This document shows, piece after piece, positions 1 through 11,597 of a DNA stretch of 64,000 nt. The DNA comes from Acidobacteriota bacterium (lineage in GTDB: Bacteria > Acidobacteriota > UBA890 > WLXD01). How positions within the stretch are numbered: the first letter of the stretch is position 1; each line of letters opens with the position of its first letter. The notes under the pieces were generated by a model. The model was not told the origin of the DNA. It saw only the letters and a program-made list of their open reading frames with translations, and did no database searches. Where the stretch lies: positions 1,952,001 through 2,016,000 of the forward strand of contig CBDBHB010000009.1 of the NCBI GenBank assembly GCA_965205505.1, given 5' to 3'. The position numbers were made by a program, and so were the translations under genes.

Positions 1-751
1 ACGCAAGGAAATGATGATCGTGCAGTCGGCCCGCGCGCTCGAGGGTGAAAAGGTCTGCTTCGTGGGCGTGGGCATGCCGAACATCGCGGTGAATCTCGCC
101 AAGCGCACTGTCTCGCCCAGTATCCAGATGGTCTACGAGGCGGGTGTATTCGGCGCAGCGCCGGCGCGGCTACCGCTGTCGATCGGTGACCCGACGCTGG
201 TCACCGGGGCGACGGCGGCGACGAGCATGTTCGAGCTCTTCGCCTACTACCTGGCGGCTGGCCTTATCGATGTGGGCTTCCTGCAGGGAGCCCAGATCGA
301 CCGCTACGGCAACCTCAACAGCACCGTCATTGGCGACTATGAGGAGCCCAAGGTGCGTTTGCCCGGCTCGGGAGGCGCCTGTGAGATCGCCATCAACGCC
401 CGGCGCATCTTCATCATCATGCCGCAGAGTCGGCGTTCGTTCGTGCAGCAGCTGAGCTTCCAGACCTCGCCGGGACACAATCCCGATCCACAGGTCGAGC
501 GCGCCCGTGGCTGGCTCGGGACCGGGCCGCAGGTGGTCATCACGGATCTCGGCGAGTACCACTTCGAGGGGGCCACCGGCGAGATGACGCTTACTTCGCT
601 CCACCCCGGCGTGTCGCTGGACGAGATCCGCCGCAATACCGGCTGGGAAATGAAAGTGGCTGACGATCTGCGCGACACGCCTGCGCCCAGCGCCGAGGAG
701 CTACGGCTGATCCGCGAGGAGCTCGATGCCGACGGGATCTACTCGCGATGA
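1..751 (+). CDS. CoA-transferase beta subunit (glutaconate CoA-transferase B-like), probably a few codons short at the window edge
   Basis: Motifs FVGVGMP, YEAG, GAQIDRYGNLNST and RLPGSGGA typical of family I CoA-transferase beta chains; frame is open from base 2. Confidence 0.85.
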   Translation, partial: RKEMMIVQSARALEGEKVCFVGVGMPNIAVNLAKRTVSPSIQMVYEAGVFGAAPARLPLSIGDPTLVTGATAATSMFELFAYYLAAGLIDVGFLQGAQIDRYGNLNSTVIGDYEEPKVRLPGSGGACEIAINARRIFIIMPQSRRSFVQQLSFQTSPGHNPDPQVERARGWLGTGPQVVITDLGEYHFEGATGEMTLTSLHPGVSLDEIRRNTGWEMKVADDLRDTPAPSAEELRLIREELDADGIYSR

Positions 752-2064
752 GCCACATTTTCCGGCGGGCGGCCGCGGACATGCCGGCGGCGTGCGCCGC
801 CGAGGGTGTATGGATCACTGACGAGCACGGCAACCGCTATCTCGACGACGCCGGCGGCGCCGTGGTGGTGAATGTCGGCCACGGCGTGCCCGAGATCCGG
901 CGCGCCATGCTGGAGCAGGTCGAACGCGTGTCGTACGTACACGGCACCGAGTTCACCACTGCCGCTCTCGAGGAGCTGGGGGACAAGCTCGCCCCCCTGC
1001 TACCCATGGAGGCGCCGTCAATCTACCCGGTTTCGGGCGGGTCAGAGGCTGTCGAGACCGCGTTCAAGATGGCGAGGGCCTTCCACCTGGCAAACGGAGA
1101 GGATGGTCGGCACAAGATCATCAGCCGCTGGGGCTCTTACCACGGCAACACCCGGGCGGCCCTCGCCGTCAGCGGTCGCGCGCCGCTGCGCGCCCCGTAC
1201 CTACCCTGTCTCGATAGCGCGATCCACGTGCCGGCGGTATATGAGTATCGCTGCCCGATGCCGACGCATCCGCGCGCCTGCGGCGCGGCGCACGCAGCGG
1301 AGCTCGACCGGGCCATTACGGAAGAGGGCGCCGATACGGTAGCGGGCTTCATCGCCGAGCCGATCGGCGGTGCGACGCTCGGTGCCGTCGTGCCACCGGA
1401 CGACTACTGGCCGGCGATCGCCCAGGTCTGCCAGCGCCACGGCGTCCTGCTCATCGCCGACGAGGTGATGACCGGTTTCGGTAGAACGGGAGCTTGGTTC
1501 GGTGTCGACCACTGGGATGTGCAGCCCGATCTCATCGCCAGCGGCAAGGGCTGCTCGTCGGGCTACTGGCCCCTCGGGCTGACGATCGCCAGCGGGCGCG
1601 TGGCGGCCGCACTGGACGAGGGCGGGTTCGTGCACGGCTTCACCTACTCGCACCATGCCGTCGGCGCGGCCGTCGGGGTAGCGGTGATCGATCGTCTGGT
1701 GGCAGGCGGCCTTGTAGCGCAGTCGCGCGACAAAGGGGAACGTCTCAAGGCCCTGCTCGTGGAGCAATTGTCGAGCAGCCCGTACGTGGGCGAGGTGCGC
1801 GGCCGCGGCCTGCTCGTGGCAGTGGAGCTAGTCGCGGATCGCCACACGCGCGAGCCCTTCCCGCGATCGTCCCGGGTCACCGAGCGCGTGCTCGCGGCGT
1901 GCAAGGCAGAGGGCTTGCTGGTCTATCCGGGAACCGGCATGGTCAACGGCACCGACGGCGACGCGATCCTGTTCGGCCCGCCGTTCGTCATCTCCGACAG
2001 CGAGTTGGATCAGGTAGTCGAGATCACCGCGCAGGTGCTGGGAGCCCTCGAGACGTTGCCATAG
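748..2064 (+). CDS. Class III PLP-dependent aminotransferase
   Basis: SGGSEAVE, SYHGNT, LLIADEVMTGFGRTG, SGKG (PLP lysine), HGFTY; ATGA overlap with the upstream gene. Confidence 0.92.
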   Translation: MSHIFRRAAADMPAACAAEGVWITDEHGNRYLDDAGGAVVVNVGHGVPEIRRAMLEQVERVSYVHGTEFTTAALEELGDKLAPLLPMEAPSIYPVSGGSEAVETAFKMARAFHLANGEDGRHKIISRWGSYHGNTRAALAVSGRAPLRAPYLPCLDSAIHVPAVYEYRCPMPTHPRACGAAHAAELDRAITEEGADTVAGFIAEPIGGATLGAVVPPDDYWPAIAQVCQRHGVLLIADEVMTGFGRTGAWFGVDHWDVQPDLIASGKGCSSGYWPLGLTIASGRVAAALDEGGFVHGFTYSHHAVGAAVGVAVIDRLVAGGLVAQSRDKGERLKALLVEQLSSSPYVGEVRGRGLLVAVELVADRHTREPFPRSSRVTERVLAACKAEGLLVYPGTGMVNGTDGDAILFGPPFVISDSELDQVVEITAQVLGALETLP

Positions 2065-2107
2065 TGGCGTCGACGATCGGCGGGCGCGCCTGACCACTCC
2101 TTCGGGT

Positions 2108-5100
2108 TCACTCCTCCTCTTCGTCCTCTCCCTCGGGCTTCGGCGGGCGCGGGCGATCGAGCCAGAGCCGTACTCCACCGCTCCAGTGGCCAGTGCCATT
2201 GCGGTCGACGCTGTGCTCGCCCTCGTACAGGTAGTCGAGGATTGCCTTGTCCCACTGCAGGCCGGCGGTGGCCACGATCTTCATCCAGTCACCGTAGGCG
2301 GTCTCGTCGGGGGCCTCGGTGCCGCCGGTCCAGATCGTCACCTTCGGGTTGAAACCACCTCCGAAGGCGCCGCCTTCGCCGGATCGGCCGCCCTTGAGCG
2401 GCATCTGCACGTTGACCCCATCGGTCATGTCCTGTCGATAGATGATGGGCTCGTAGTCGCTTCCGTAGCGGTTGTATCGATCGTAGGCGCGCTCGTTCAT
2501 CGCCCGCACATCCTCGGCGGCGTTGATGTAGCGGGTGACGTAGTCACGGATGCTGAAGGCGGCGTCCTTGTGGCGCGGGAACTTGGGATCGTCCAGGTAG
2601 CCGAAGCCGGGAATGAACCAGCCTCGATTGACGCTCCAGTTGCGCTCGGTGATGCGGCCCCGACGTACCAGCCCGGCGTACTCCGAGAACAGCTGCACCA
2701 CTTCGTGCGACGGGTACCCGTGCGGGTTGAGAAAGATATCCGGGAGCCAGGTTCTCCATAGTGTCGGTCGGACCTTGGACTCCGGGTAGATGGGCATGTC
2801 CTCGCGACCCCCGTTCGTCGCATCCTGACCGAGCGCGCCGAGGTAGCCGGCGTGGAGGATGAAATCGGGAGTGATCTCGTACAGGTCGTAGGCTAGCTGG
2901 GCCCCATCCGGGTTGGTGAACGGATGAATGATCACGTTCACATCGAGGAGCTTTTTCTTGAACTCCTCGTCGGTCAGCAGCAGCTCGGCGAGCTTCAGCA
3001 CGTGGCTGGTCGACGAGACCTCGTTGGCATGCTGGCGGGCCGAGTAGACCACCGTCGGCTTGTGCGTCGTGAGCTTGTAGCGCGACCAGTGGCTGGCCTC
3101 GATGGGGGGCATCAAGAGCATCGCCCATATGTCCTTGCCGAGGTAGCTGCGGCCTGCGTGGTACATCGTCGCTTCGGGGAACGTCGACATGCGCGCCAGA
3201 ATCGCGTGCCCCTCGGGCGGCGGGATGGGTGTGTCCCACTGCACCATCTCCTCGCCCGCATAGCTGTAGCCGGCCCCCGGAAGCAATGCCGCGATGGTCG
3301 GATAGGCAGCCGGCGTGCCGTTGGCGTCGAGCGTGGCGACCTCCTGCGTGTCGCGATCGATCTCCCACTCCCACCCGGCGGCGAGACGAATCGTTCGTAG
3401 GCCATGGAACGCGAGCTCGGTGTCGTAGAGGCTGTGAGCGCGCAGCTCCTCGAGGTTGTCGATCATCGACGTTGCCTGGACAGCGCTCATGACGCGGCGG
3501 TCGACCTGGAACTCGTCGGCCTGTTGCAACAGGTCGGCGCGTTGGTCGTCCTCGAAGTCCACCTTGACCCGCATGTCGAGGCTGTCGAGGCCCACCTGCC
3601 CGGCGCGCACGGTCGCGGCGAGGGCGCTAGGTCGTTCCACCGTAACCACAGGGATATCGCGACGTAGCTGTCCGTTGGTGCCGTCGGCGTCGGTATAGTC
3701 GATTATTACGGCAGGTCGGCTGGTGGCGAATCCAGTCAGGCGGATCTTCGCCCAACCGGCCTCGCCACTACTGTTGGGCCGCATGATCGGGATAACCCGT
3801 CCGATGTGGCTGAGCTCCTCACCCCGCGCCATGCGCCCCAGGATGCGGAAGAAGAAGAGGGTGGGGAAGTAGATCTCCTCGTGGAGAGAGTCGAGCGACG
3901 AGATATACTCCTTGTCGATCCCGAGCAGATAGTCGGGCTCGCTCAGGCTTACCTCGACGGTGAGCTCACCGAAGTACGGCGCGTCGGCGCTCCGCGGGTT
4001 GCCGTCGTGTACCTCCGTGACATGGTCGTAGAGTCCGCTCAGCGTTTTCGACTGATAGTGGTCCCAGAAACTCTCGATGTCGGTGACGATGCGCTCATCG
4101 ATCAAGGTACTGTCGCCGCTGTACGCGGCGATCCAGCCGGTGGAGACGCGAACTAGCTCGTAGTCGTCGAAACGCTCGTAGTACGGCTGCAGGACATATC
4201 TCGGCTCGAACGTCCTTCGTAATAACTCGGCACCGCTCGTTGAGGTCACGACGACCTCGTAGGTGGGAGCGTCGATGGGTGCCATCTGGAAGTCGATGAG
4301 CTCCGGGTCCAACGACAGGTCGGCCGACATGACCTCGTCGACCGGCCAGATCTCCTTGAGCCAACGGACCTTGCTGTACATTGCCTGCTGCGGCCAGTCC
4401 TCCGGCGGACCGGTCTCGGCGAAGTTCACGCGGATGCCGCCGATTGCCTGATCGGCGCCGCCCGACTGCAGCCGCTGGAGCTCCGGTACGATCACCTCAC
4501 GTAGCCACGAGAAGCCCTGTTTGACGGCCGACAGCACGGTCACTTCCGTGGCGTTCGCGTCGGCTCCTGCTTCGATCAGCAGATCGCGGGCTTGCTGGGC
4601 AATCCGTTGGCGCACCTCGTGCGGCTCGCTGAGCCGCGCTTCCATACGCACCGGCTGACCGCGGCGCACGCCCGGGACAACCTGCGAACGGAATCGGGTC
4701 CAGAAAGCTTCGACCTCTGAGGGAATTTCGATCTGCTCCTCGCTGAGCACGGTGGCCTTCTGGACGTCGCGATCGTCCAGGTGCACCGAGAGGTTGGCGA
4801 TGTTCAGAGGTGCGAGCCGCTGGCGTACGATCGCTTCCAGCCCCGGCTCGATCTTCTCGAGCGAGACCGTGACATCGGCGGAGTCGATCTGCTCGCCCTG
4901 CAGCTCCTCGACCATGCGGTCGATCTTGTAGAGTGCGGTGGCTGCCTGGCCTCCCGGGCTGCGTTGCGACAGGAATCGCCACACCGCCAGCTCAACTGCG
5001 TCGACCGTCGACCGATCCTGGCCGCGCTCCGACAGGTTGGGGAAGCGCTCCGAAAGCTGCTCCAGCGCCCGCGCCACACCCGCGGCGTCACCGCCGGTAA

Positions 5101-6401
5101 CGACGACCGCACGCTTGTCGCCGAAAGCGCTGGGCACCACCTCGATGAGTCCCTCACCGGCTGCGAGCGCCTCGATGCGTCCCGGCGCCAGCTTGTCACC
5201 GTCCACGAGGTCGGCGATCAGCGGATGATCGAGACCGATGATCACCAGCGTCGGCTCGCTCCCGGCCTTATCGATCTGATCCGGGGTGCGACCGAGAGGC
5301 AAGGTGACTCCTGCCGACTCCAGACCGAGGCGCGCGGCCAGGTCGATCGTTCCATCCACACCCGGACCGGAGGCGCTCAGCACCGCATCGATGCGGTCGG
5401 GAATCACGTTGTTGTCGCTGTCTCCGAGCAAGCCCTCGGCGTCGAACAGCGTCGACAGGTCGAGGTCATCCTTGCCCCCCGACCCCGGACGCGCTGGGGT
5501 GGGACGCGACGGAGCCTCCGGCTCAACGCGTGGGATCTCCACAGCGACCGCGGCTCTGTCTAGCGCCGTCAACGCAACGTGCAGGCGCTCAGCACCGGCG
5601 TACGACAGCAGCTCGGACGGGTCGTTGTCGTCGCCCTCATCGTCATCTTCCACGGCGCTGGCGAGGCGTCGCGACGGCACCTCCGTCAGGGCGGTTCGCG
5701 CCCCTTCGACGTCGGACGCGGACAGACGCACGACCACGTCTACCGAGGAGAAGACGCCGTCGTTGCCGTCCTCGGCGTGGATTGTCGACACGTTGACCGC
5801 CTGCACCACGATCCCTTCGTCACCCAGGTATGCCGCGATATCCGCCGTCAGGTCGGCGAGCGTGGTGCCCTTGGCCGTGCCCACGTGCGGCAGGCGACCG
5901 GCAAAGGCTGCTGCAGCGGCGCGGGTGCCGGCGTCGTCGGCTCCGGCGATCACCAGCCAGTCCCGCCCTTGGGAGCGGATCCGCGTGACCAGCCCGGCGC
6001 CCGGATCCAGCTCGTCGAGGGTCGGGACGCTGAGCCCGAGGCGTTGGGTGCCGCCGCGCCCGACGACGATGCCGACGCTGCCCTCCGGCGCGTCTCGGGG
6101 TACCGGAATGTCCATGGCCATGGTCTCGAATCCGAGCCGAGCTGCGATATCGACGGCCGCCGCCAGGTCGGAATCCGAGCGTTCCAGGCCTAGAACGATG
6201 CCGGTGTCGACGAAGTCGACGACCTCATCGCCGTTTCGATCCTGGAAGATCAACCCGGTATCGAACAGGCTCTCGAGGCCCGCCGCGGCTGCCGCCTGCT
6301 TGGCCGCCAGCCGGTGTCGGGACGCCAACGGCGCCAAGGATCGCGACGAATGCGACGACGAGAGGTCTCCAGAGGCCATTCATGATGCGGGGTCGGATCA
6401 T
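2108..6401 (-). CDS. Very large secreted M14-family zinc carboxypeptidase (~1430 aa), frameshifted near 6300
   Basis: C-terminal M14 motifs RQHANE (HxxE), NPDG, NPHGY, EAPDE. ATG at 6401 with AGGAG RBS encodes a signal peptide (MIRPRIMNGLWRPLVVAFVAILGAVGVPTPAG) in a different frame from the 2108..6379 ORF. Confidence 0.75.
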
Positions 6402-6410
6402 CGTTGTCTC

Positions 6411-6444
6411 CTAGCAGGGTGCTGAAAAACTCTGGTGGGTCTGG
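6411..6444. repeat. Single terminal inverted-repeat end of the CTAG-flanked MITE family
   Basis: CTAG-CAGGGTGCTGAAAAACTCTGGTGGGTCTGG, same as the left end at 20728 and one mismatch to the end at 23734; partner end not found. Confidence 0.8.
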
Positions 6445-6517
6445 TTGTGGCTAGGTTCGTCGTCGTGAATCGCTGCTTCTCGCGAGTTGCTGCCGTCAGC
6501 TTGCTGGCGCCGGAACC

Positions 6518-8107
6518 TCAAGTTGCCCCGAAGCCACCCCCGCCAGGGGTGCGCACGCTGATGATGTCTCCAGCCTGGAGCAAGGTGGTCACCTTGCTCG
6601 GAAGCTCGCGCTCGTCGTCGCCACTGATGAGGACGTTGCGCCCCGGGCGCCCCGAGCCGCCTCCCTGCAGGCCGTAGGGCCCTTCGACGCGACGATCGCT
6701 GAGAATGGTCAGCTGTGCCGGAACGAGCAACTGAATGTCGCGGCGAATCCCATCGCCGCCGCGCCAGGTGCCGGATCCGCCAGAGCCGCGGCGGATCTCG
6801 TAGCGCGTGACGCGGTAGGGGTAGGCGTGCTCGAGAGCTTCTATGGGCGTGTTCAGGCTGTTGGTCATATGTGTGTGAGTGGCGTCGAGGCCATCGGCGT
6901 GCGGCCGCGCGCCCATCCCCCCGGCGACGGTCTCGTAGTAGGCGAATTGCGCCCCGGACAGATCGATCCCGCCGAGCGTGGTGTTGTTCATGGTGCCGCT
7001 GCTGGCAGCCGGTATGATCTCCGGGATCGCCTGGGCCAGCGCGCCGAGGACCGTGTCGACGATGCGCTGCGAGGTCTCGACGTTGCCCGCGGCCATGGCG
7101 GATGGCTCCTGGGCGTTGACCAGGCAGCCGTCCGGAGCCACGACCTCCAGCGGTAACAGCGTCCCGTGGTTCGATGGAATCGGGAACGGAACGATGACGC
7201 GAAAGCAATAGAAGACAGCCGCCAGCGCGATGGCGTAGTTGGCGTTGATGCTGCCTTGCGCCTGCGGCGCTGTGCCGGCGAAGTCGACGCGCGCGTTGTC
7301 GCCGTGGATGGTGATGGTCACCACGATGGCGAGCGGGCCGTTGCCTTGGCCGTCGTCGTCCATGCAATCCTCGAACCGATAGGTCCCGTCTGGTATCTGA
7401 CGGATCGCCTCGCGCGTCATGCGCTCGGCATAGGTCATCAGGTGACCCATGTAGGCCTGCACGACGTCGAGACCGTACTTGCCCACCATTGAAAGTAGGC
7501 GGCGCAGCCCGGTGCGATTCGAGGCGATTTGTGCGGTGAGGTCCCCCTCGCGCTCACGTGGGGTGCGCACGTTGGAGAGGATCATCGACATCACGTCGCC
7601 CACCAGCTCGCCACCACGTACCAGATGGACCGGCGGGATACGGATCCCCTCCTGGTAGATGGAGGTCGCCAGCGGCATGGACCCGGGAGTCATGCCGCCG
7701 ACGTCGGAGTGGTGCGCGCGGTTGGCGACATAAAACGTCGGCTCGGTGGCGCCTTCGACGAATACCGCCTCGACGAGCGTGATATCGGGCAAATGGGTGC
7801 CACCGCGGAAAGGATCGTTGACTACCACTACATCGCCCGGGCCCATGCTCGTGTCCTGGATCGCCGCCGCAACCGAGAGCGGCATCGAGCCCAGGTGAAC
7901 AGGCATGTGATCGCCCTGGGCAACTACGCGCCCGGCACCGTCGAAGATGGCGCACGAATAGTCGCGGCGCTCCTTGATATTGGGGGAGAAGGACGTTCGG
8001 CACAGGGCCACGCCCATCTCTTCCGCTGCCGAGTGGAAGAGGTTGCGGAATACCTCCAGCTGAATGGGGTCGTATTCCGCTTGTGCTTCCGTGGGCTGCG
8101 AGCTCAT
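6518..8107 (-). CDS. hyuB: Hydantoinase B / 5-oxoprolinase subunit
   Basis: SPNIKERRDYSCA, PVHLGSM, NDPFRGGTHLPD, HHSDVGG, NSLNTPIE, TPGGGG. Confidence 0.93.
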   Translation of the reverse strand: MSSQPTEAQAEYDPIQLEVFRNLFHSAAEEMGVALCRTSFSPNIKERRDYSCAIFDGAGRVVAQGDHMPVHLGSMPLSVAAAIQDTSMGPGDVVVVNDPFRGGTHLPDITLVEAVFVEGATEPTFYVANRAHHSDVGGMTPGSMPLATSIYQEGIRIPPVHLVRGGELVGDVMSMILSNVRTPREREGDLTAQIASNRTGLRRLLSMVGKYGLDVVQAYMGHLMTYAERMTREAIRQIPDGTYRFEDCMDDDGQGNGPLAIVVTITIHGDNARVDFAGTAPQAQGSINANYAIALAAVFYCFRVIVPFPIPSNHGTLLPLEVVAPDGCLVNAQEPSAMAAGNVETSQRIVDTVLGALAQAIPEIIPAASSGTMNNTTLGGIDLSGAQFAYYETVAGGMGARPHADGLDATHTHMTNSLNTPIEALEHAYPYRVTRYEIRRGSGGSGTWRGGDGIRRDIQLLVPAQLTILSDRRVEGPYGLQGGGSGRPGRNVLISGDDERELPSKVTTLLQAGDIISVRTPGGGGFGAT

Positions 8108-10083
8108 GGGGCGATCTCCATGAGCAAGTTGCGGTGACCGTCGACGCGACAGCGAACACCCGGCGGCACCACCGTCGTCGTGCTGTATTCGACGACCAGC
8201 GCCGGGCCGACGAATGTGCTCCCGGGGTGTAGCTGGTCCCGGTCGATGAGCTTTGCGGCGTGCGTCTGCTGGTCGAAGACCATCTCGTGGTCTCCGAGAA
8301 CAGCCGCGGCGCTGTCGGACTCGGTCAGGGGCTCGCTCTCCATCGTCGGCTTCTGCGTAGGTGCCACGACACGCAGGCGGACGTTGACCACCTCGGTCGG
8401 TCGCTCGCGATCACTGTATCCGTAACGTTGCTCGTGATGCTTATGGAACGCGGCCTCGAAGTCAGCCTGCATCGGCACCTCGAGCTCGAACCCCTGGCCG
8501 ACGTAGCGTAGCTCGACGCTACGCTCGTAGCGCAGGTCGGCCGCATCCAGGCCATCGAGCGCGAAGTCTTCGAGCGCCCTCGCCTCGAGCTTTCTGAACT
8601 CTGTCTCCAGAACCTCGCGTTGCAGTCCTGTTGCAGCGACCAGCAGCGTCTGCGAGTAGTCGCGCACGATGTCAGCGAGCAGCATGCCGAGTGCCGAGAG
8701 GATTCCCGCGGCGAACGGGACGATCACCCGAGGAATGCCGAGGCCGCGCGCCAGCGCCGCAGCATGCATCGAGCCGGCCCCGCCGAACGACACCAGGCTG
8801 AAGTCGCGCGGATCGAACCCGCGCTCCACGGAGATCACACGAATCGCCCCGGCCATGGTCGTATTGGCGACCCGGGTGACGCCCTCGGCAAGCTCGATGG
8901 GCTCCATGCCTAGCTCGGCGGCGAGGCTTTCCATGGCCGCCGCGACGGGTTCCTGGGCTAGCTGCTGTCCGCCGCCCAGGAAGTGGTCCGGGGCCAGGCG
9001 GCCGAGGAACAGGTTGGCGTCGGTGACCGTTATCTCGGTGCCGCCGTGTCCGTAACAGATCGGCCCAGGTTGGGCGCCGGCGCTGCGAGGACCGACCTTC
9101 AGGGCGCCACCCGGGTCGCGGTAGGCGATCGAGCCGCCGCCGGCGCCAACGGTGTGGATGTCGATTACCGGAAGGCGGATCGGCAGGCCGCCGACGCTCG
9201 ATTCGGCGGTGCGGCCGGGCTCACCCTGGCACAGGCTGACGTCGGTGCTTGTGCCCCCCATGTCGAACGTAATGCTGTTGGGGAAGCCGGCCAACCGCCC
9301 GATCTCGGCGCCGCCGACCACGCCTCCCGCGGGTCCCGACAGCACCGTCTGAATCGCCGCTCGCTGCGCTGACTGCAGCGAGATCGAGCCACCGTTCGAC
9401 TGCATGATCCGGATCGGCGATTCCGGCAGCTGATCGGCCAGCTGTCCGAGGTACCGCTGCATGATCGGGCCGACGTAGGCGTTGGCGACGGTGGTGCTCG
9501 TGCGCTCGTACTCGCGGAACTCCGGCACGACCTGGTGCGACGCGGTGATGAACCCCGCGAACCCGTCGGCGAGTGCGCTCAGCACCGCCCGCTCGTGTTC
9601 CGGATTGGCGTAGGCATGGAGCAGGCAGATCGCCACGGAATCGTAGTTGCCCCCAGCGATGCGATCCGTGACCGCGGCTACGCTGTCGGGATCGACGGCC
9701 TCGACTACGCCGCCCTGTGGGTCGAGGCGCTCGAGCACGCCGAACCGGTCGGCCGCGGCTACTAGCGGCGCCGGCTTGGTCACCCCCAGCTCATAGATCG
9801 CCGGGCGCGTCTGCCTGCCGATCTCGAGCACATCCTCGAATCCGGCGGTGGTGACCAAGGCGGCGCGGGCGCCACGTCGCTCGAGCAAGGCGTTCGTCGC
9901 CACCGTCGACCCATGAACGATCTCGACGCCATCAACGCCCATGTCTCGAAGCCCGGTGAGGATCGCAGCGGCCGGATTGTCGGGCGTGGAAGGCTCCTTG
10001 TGGACGCGGACCTGGCCATCCTTCATGAGGACAAAGTCCGTGAAGGTGCCGCCGGTATCGATGCCGATCACGAGCGTGTTCAC
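8104..10083 (-). CDS. hyuA: Hydantoinase A / 5-oxoprolinase ATP-binding subunit
   Basis: IDTGGTFTD, HGSTVATNALLER, REYERTSTT, SGPAGGV, DMGGTSTD, GAGGGSI. Confidence 0.93.
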   Translation of the reverse strand: MNTLVIGIDTGGTFTDFVLMKDGQVRVHKEPSTPDNPAAAILTGLRDMGVDGVEIVHGSTVATNALLERRGARAALVTTAGFEDVLEIGRQTRPAIYELGVTKPAPLVAAADRFGVLERLDPQGGVVEAVDPDSVAAVTDRIAGGNYDSVAICLLHAYANPEHERAVLSALADGFAGFITASHQVVPEFREYERTSTTVANAYVGPIMQRYLGQLADQLPESPIRIMQSNGGSISLQSAQRAAIQTVLSGPAGGVVGGAEIGRLAGFPNSITFDMGGTSTDVSLCQGEPGRTAESSVGGLPIRLPVIDIHTVGAGGGSIAYRDPGGALKVGPRSAGAQPGPICYGHGGTEITVTDANLFLGRLAPDHFLGGGQQLAQEPVAAAMESLAAELGMEPIELAEGVTRVANTTMAGAIRVISVERGFDPRDFSLVSFGGAGSMHAAALARGLGIPRVIVPFAAGILSALGMLLADIVRDYSQTLLVAATGLQREVLETEFRKLEARALEDFALDGLDAADLRYERSVELRYVGQGFELEVPMQADFEAAFHKHHEQRYGYSDRERPTEVVNVRLRVVAPTQKPTMESEPLTESDSAAAVLGDHEMVFDQQTHAAKLIDRDQLHPGSTFVGPALVVEYSTTTVVPPGVRCRVDGHRNLLMEIAP

Positions 10084-10086
10084 GAC

Positions 10087-11580
10087 CTAGTCGCCGCCGG
10101 CACCGTAGACAAGCTCTTCGATTGCGCCGTGTATCCGGTTGACGGTCGCGGCGGACGGGGCCTGGCTCACCCGCGACACCAGTAGCGCCGTGACGCCGTT
10201 CGCCAGCAGCGCCCACACGCCACCGTGCAGCGTCAGCGGGTGGGGCCATACGACGAGGGTGAGGAACAGCACCACTAGGCCGACCCCGATGCCTGCGAGC
10301 ACACCGGTCGCGGTGAGTCGAACGCGCGCCGGGAAGGTGACGCCGAGCACTGCCGGCAAGAGCTGCAACGCCCCGGCGCCCGAAAGGGTCACCAGGACCA
10401 CCAAGTACTCGAACGTGTAGACGCTGAGGATGTAGCCGATTACCAGGAACCCGACAATGAACACCCGGCTCACGGTGACGTAGTGGCCCACATCGGCGTC
10501 GGCGCGCACGTACCGCTGATAGATATCGCGCGTAAGAACCGCCGAGTTGGCATGAAGTATCGAGTCGAGCGTCGACATTGCCGCGGCCGTGGCCCCGGCC
10601 AGGATCAACCCGGTCAGCCAGGACGGCGCGTAGGAAAACAACAACTCCGGGAAGATCCGGTCTGGGATGGCAATGTCTGGCATCGCCAACGCACCGCCCA
10701 GACCGACGAACGCGGTGGGGATGAACAGGGTGAGCAGGAAGATCGGGATCGTGGCGCCTAGCCATTTCAACGTCCGCGCGTCGACCGCGGTGTAGTAACG
10801 GATCAGGATGTGCGGCTGAAGGACGACCCCGAACGACAACGCGACCATCATCCCGAACCACATCGGATAGGTGAAGAAGTCGCGTGGACCCGGGATCGTC
10901 ATCAGGTCGGGTCGCTGTTCTTTGACCGCATCGAGCAGCTGCAGCGGCCCGCCGAACAACTCGTAGGAGAGGTAAATCGCTCCGGCCCAGACCGCGACGT
11001 ACATCCACACGCCTTGCAAGACATCGGTCCAGTAGACGGCGCGTAGGCCGCCGGCCATGAGGTAGGTCGCGGCCACGACCAGCAACACTGCCGTGGCGAC
11101 CTCGAACGAGACCCGGTCGCCGGAGGCAGCGCTGATGATGTAGCCGAGCCCTTGGGCTTGAACCTGGATGTACAGAATCGTGAAGACGACCGATACCGCC
11201 GCCACCACCACCCGCACGGGCTCGCTCTCGTAGTAGTCCGCCAACATGTCGGCGGGAGTCATGTAGTTGAATTTCTTTCCCAGAGCCCAGATCCGGGGAC
11301 CCAGCACGTAGGTGATCGCGCCCGTCAGCAGGGTCCATGTACCCGCAACCCAGAACCCGATTCCATGCGTATAGAAGAAGCCGCTGCTGCCCAGAAATGC
11401 GAAGGCGCTGTGGTAGGTGGCGACCATCGTGAGGTAGAGCACGAAGAAACCGGCGCGACGGCCGTAGAGCAGGAAGTCCTCGAGATTCACCTCGAGCCGT
11501 CGGTTGGCGACCACGCCCAACAGCAACGTGATCACTAGGTAGACGCCGATCATCGATAGCGCCACCACCCACGGTTCCAC
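10087..11580 (-). CDS. Sodium:solute symporter (SSS) family transporter
   Basis: Many hydrophobic segments; GGLRAVYWTDVLQG and AAAMSTLDS motifs. Confidence 0.9.
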   Translation of the reverse strand: MEPWVVALSMIGVYLVITLLLGVVANRRLEVNLEDFLLYGRRAGFFVLYLTMVATYHSAFAFLGSSGFFYTHGIGFWVAGTWTLLTGAITYVLGPRIWALGKKFNYMTPADMLADYYESEPVRVVVAAVSVVFTILYIQVQAQGLGYIISAASGDRVSFEVATAVLLVVAATYLMAGGLRAVYWTDVLQGVWMYVAVWAGAIYLSYELFGGPLQLLDAVKEQRPDLMTIPGPRDFFTYPMWFGMMVALSFGVVLQPHILIRYYTAVDARTLKWLGATIPIFLLTLFIPTAFVGLGGALAMPDIAIPDRIFPELLFSYAPSWLTGLILAGATAAAMSTLDSILHANSAVLTRDIYQRYVRADADVGHYVTVSRVFIVGFLVIGYILSVYTFEYLVVLVTLSGAGALQLLPAVLGVTFPARVRLTATGVLAGIGVGLVVLFLTLVVWPHPLTLHGGVWALLANGVTALLVSRVSQAPSAATVNRIHGAIEELVYGAGGD

Positions 11581-11597
11581 CGCTCAGTCCCCTCGGC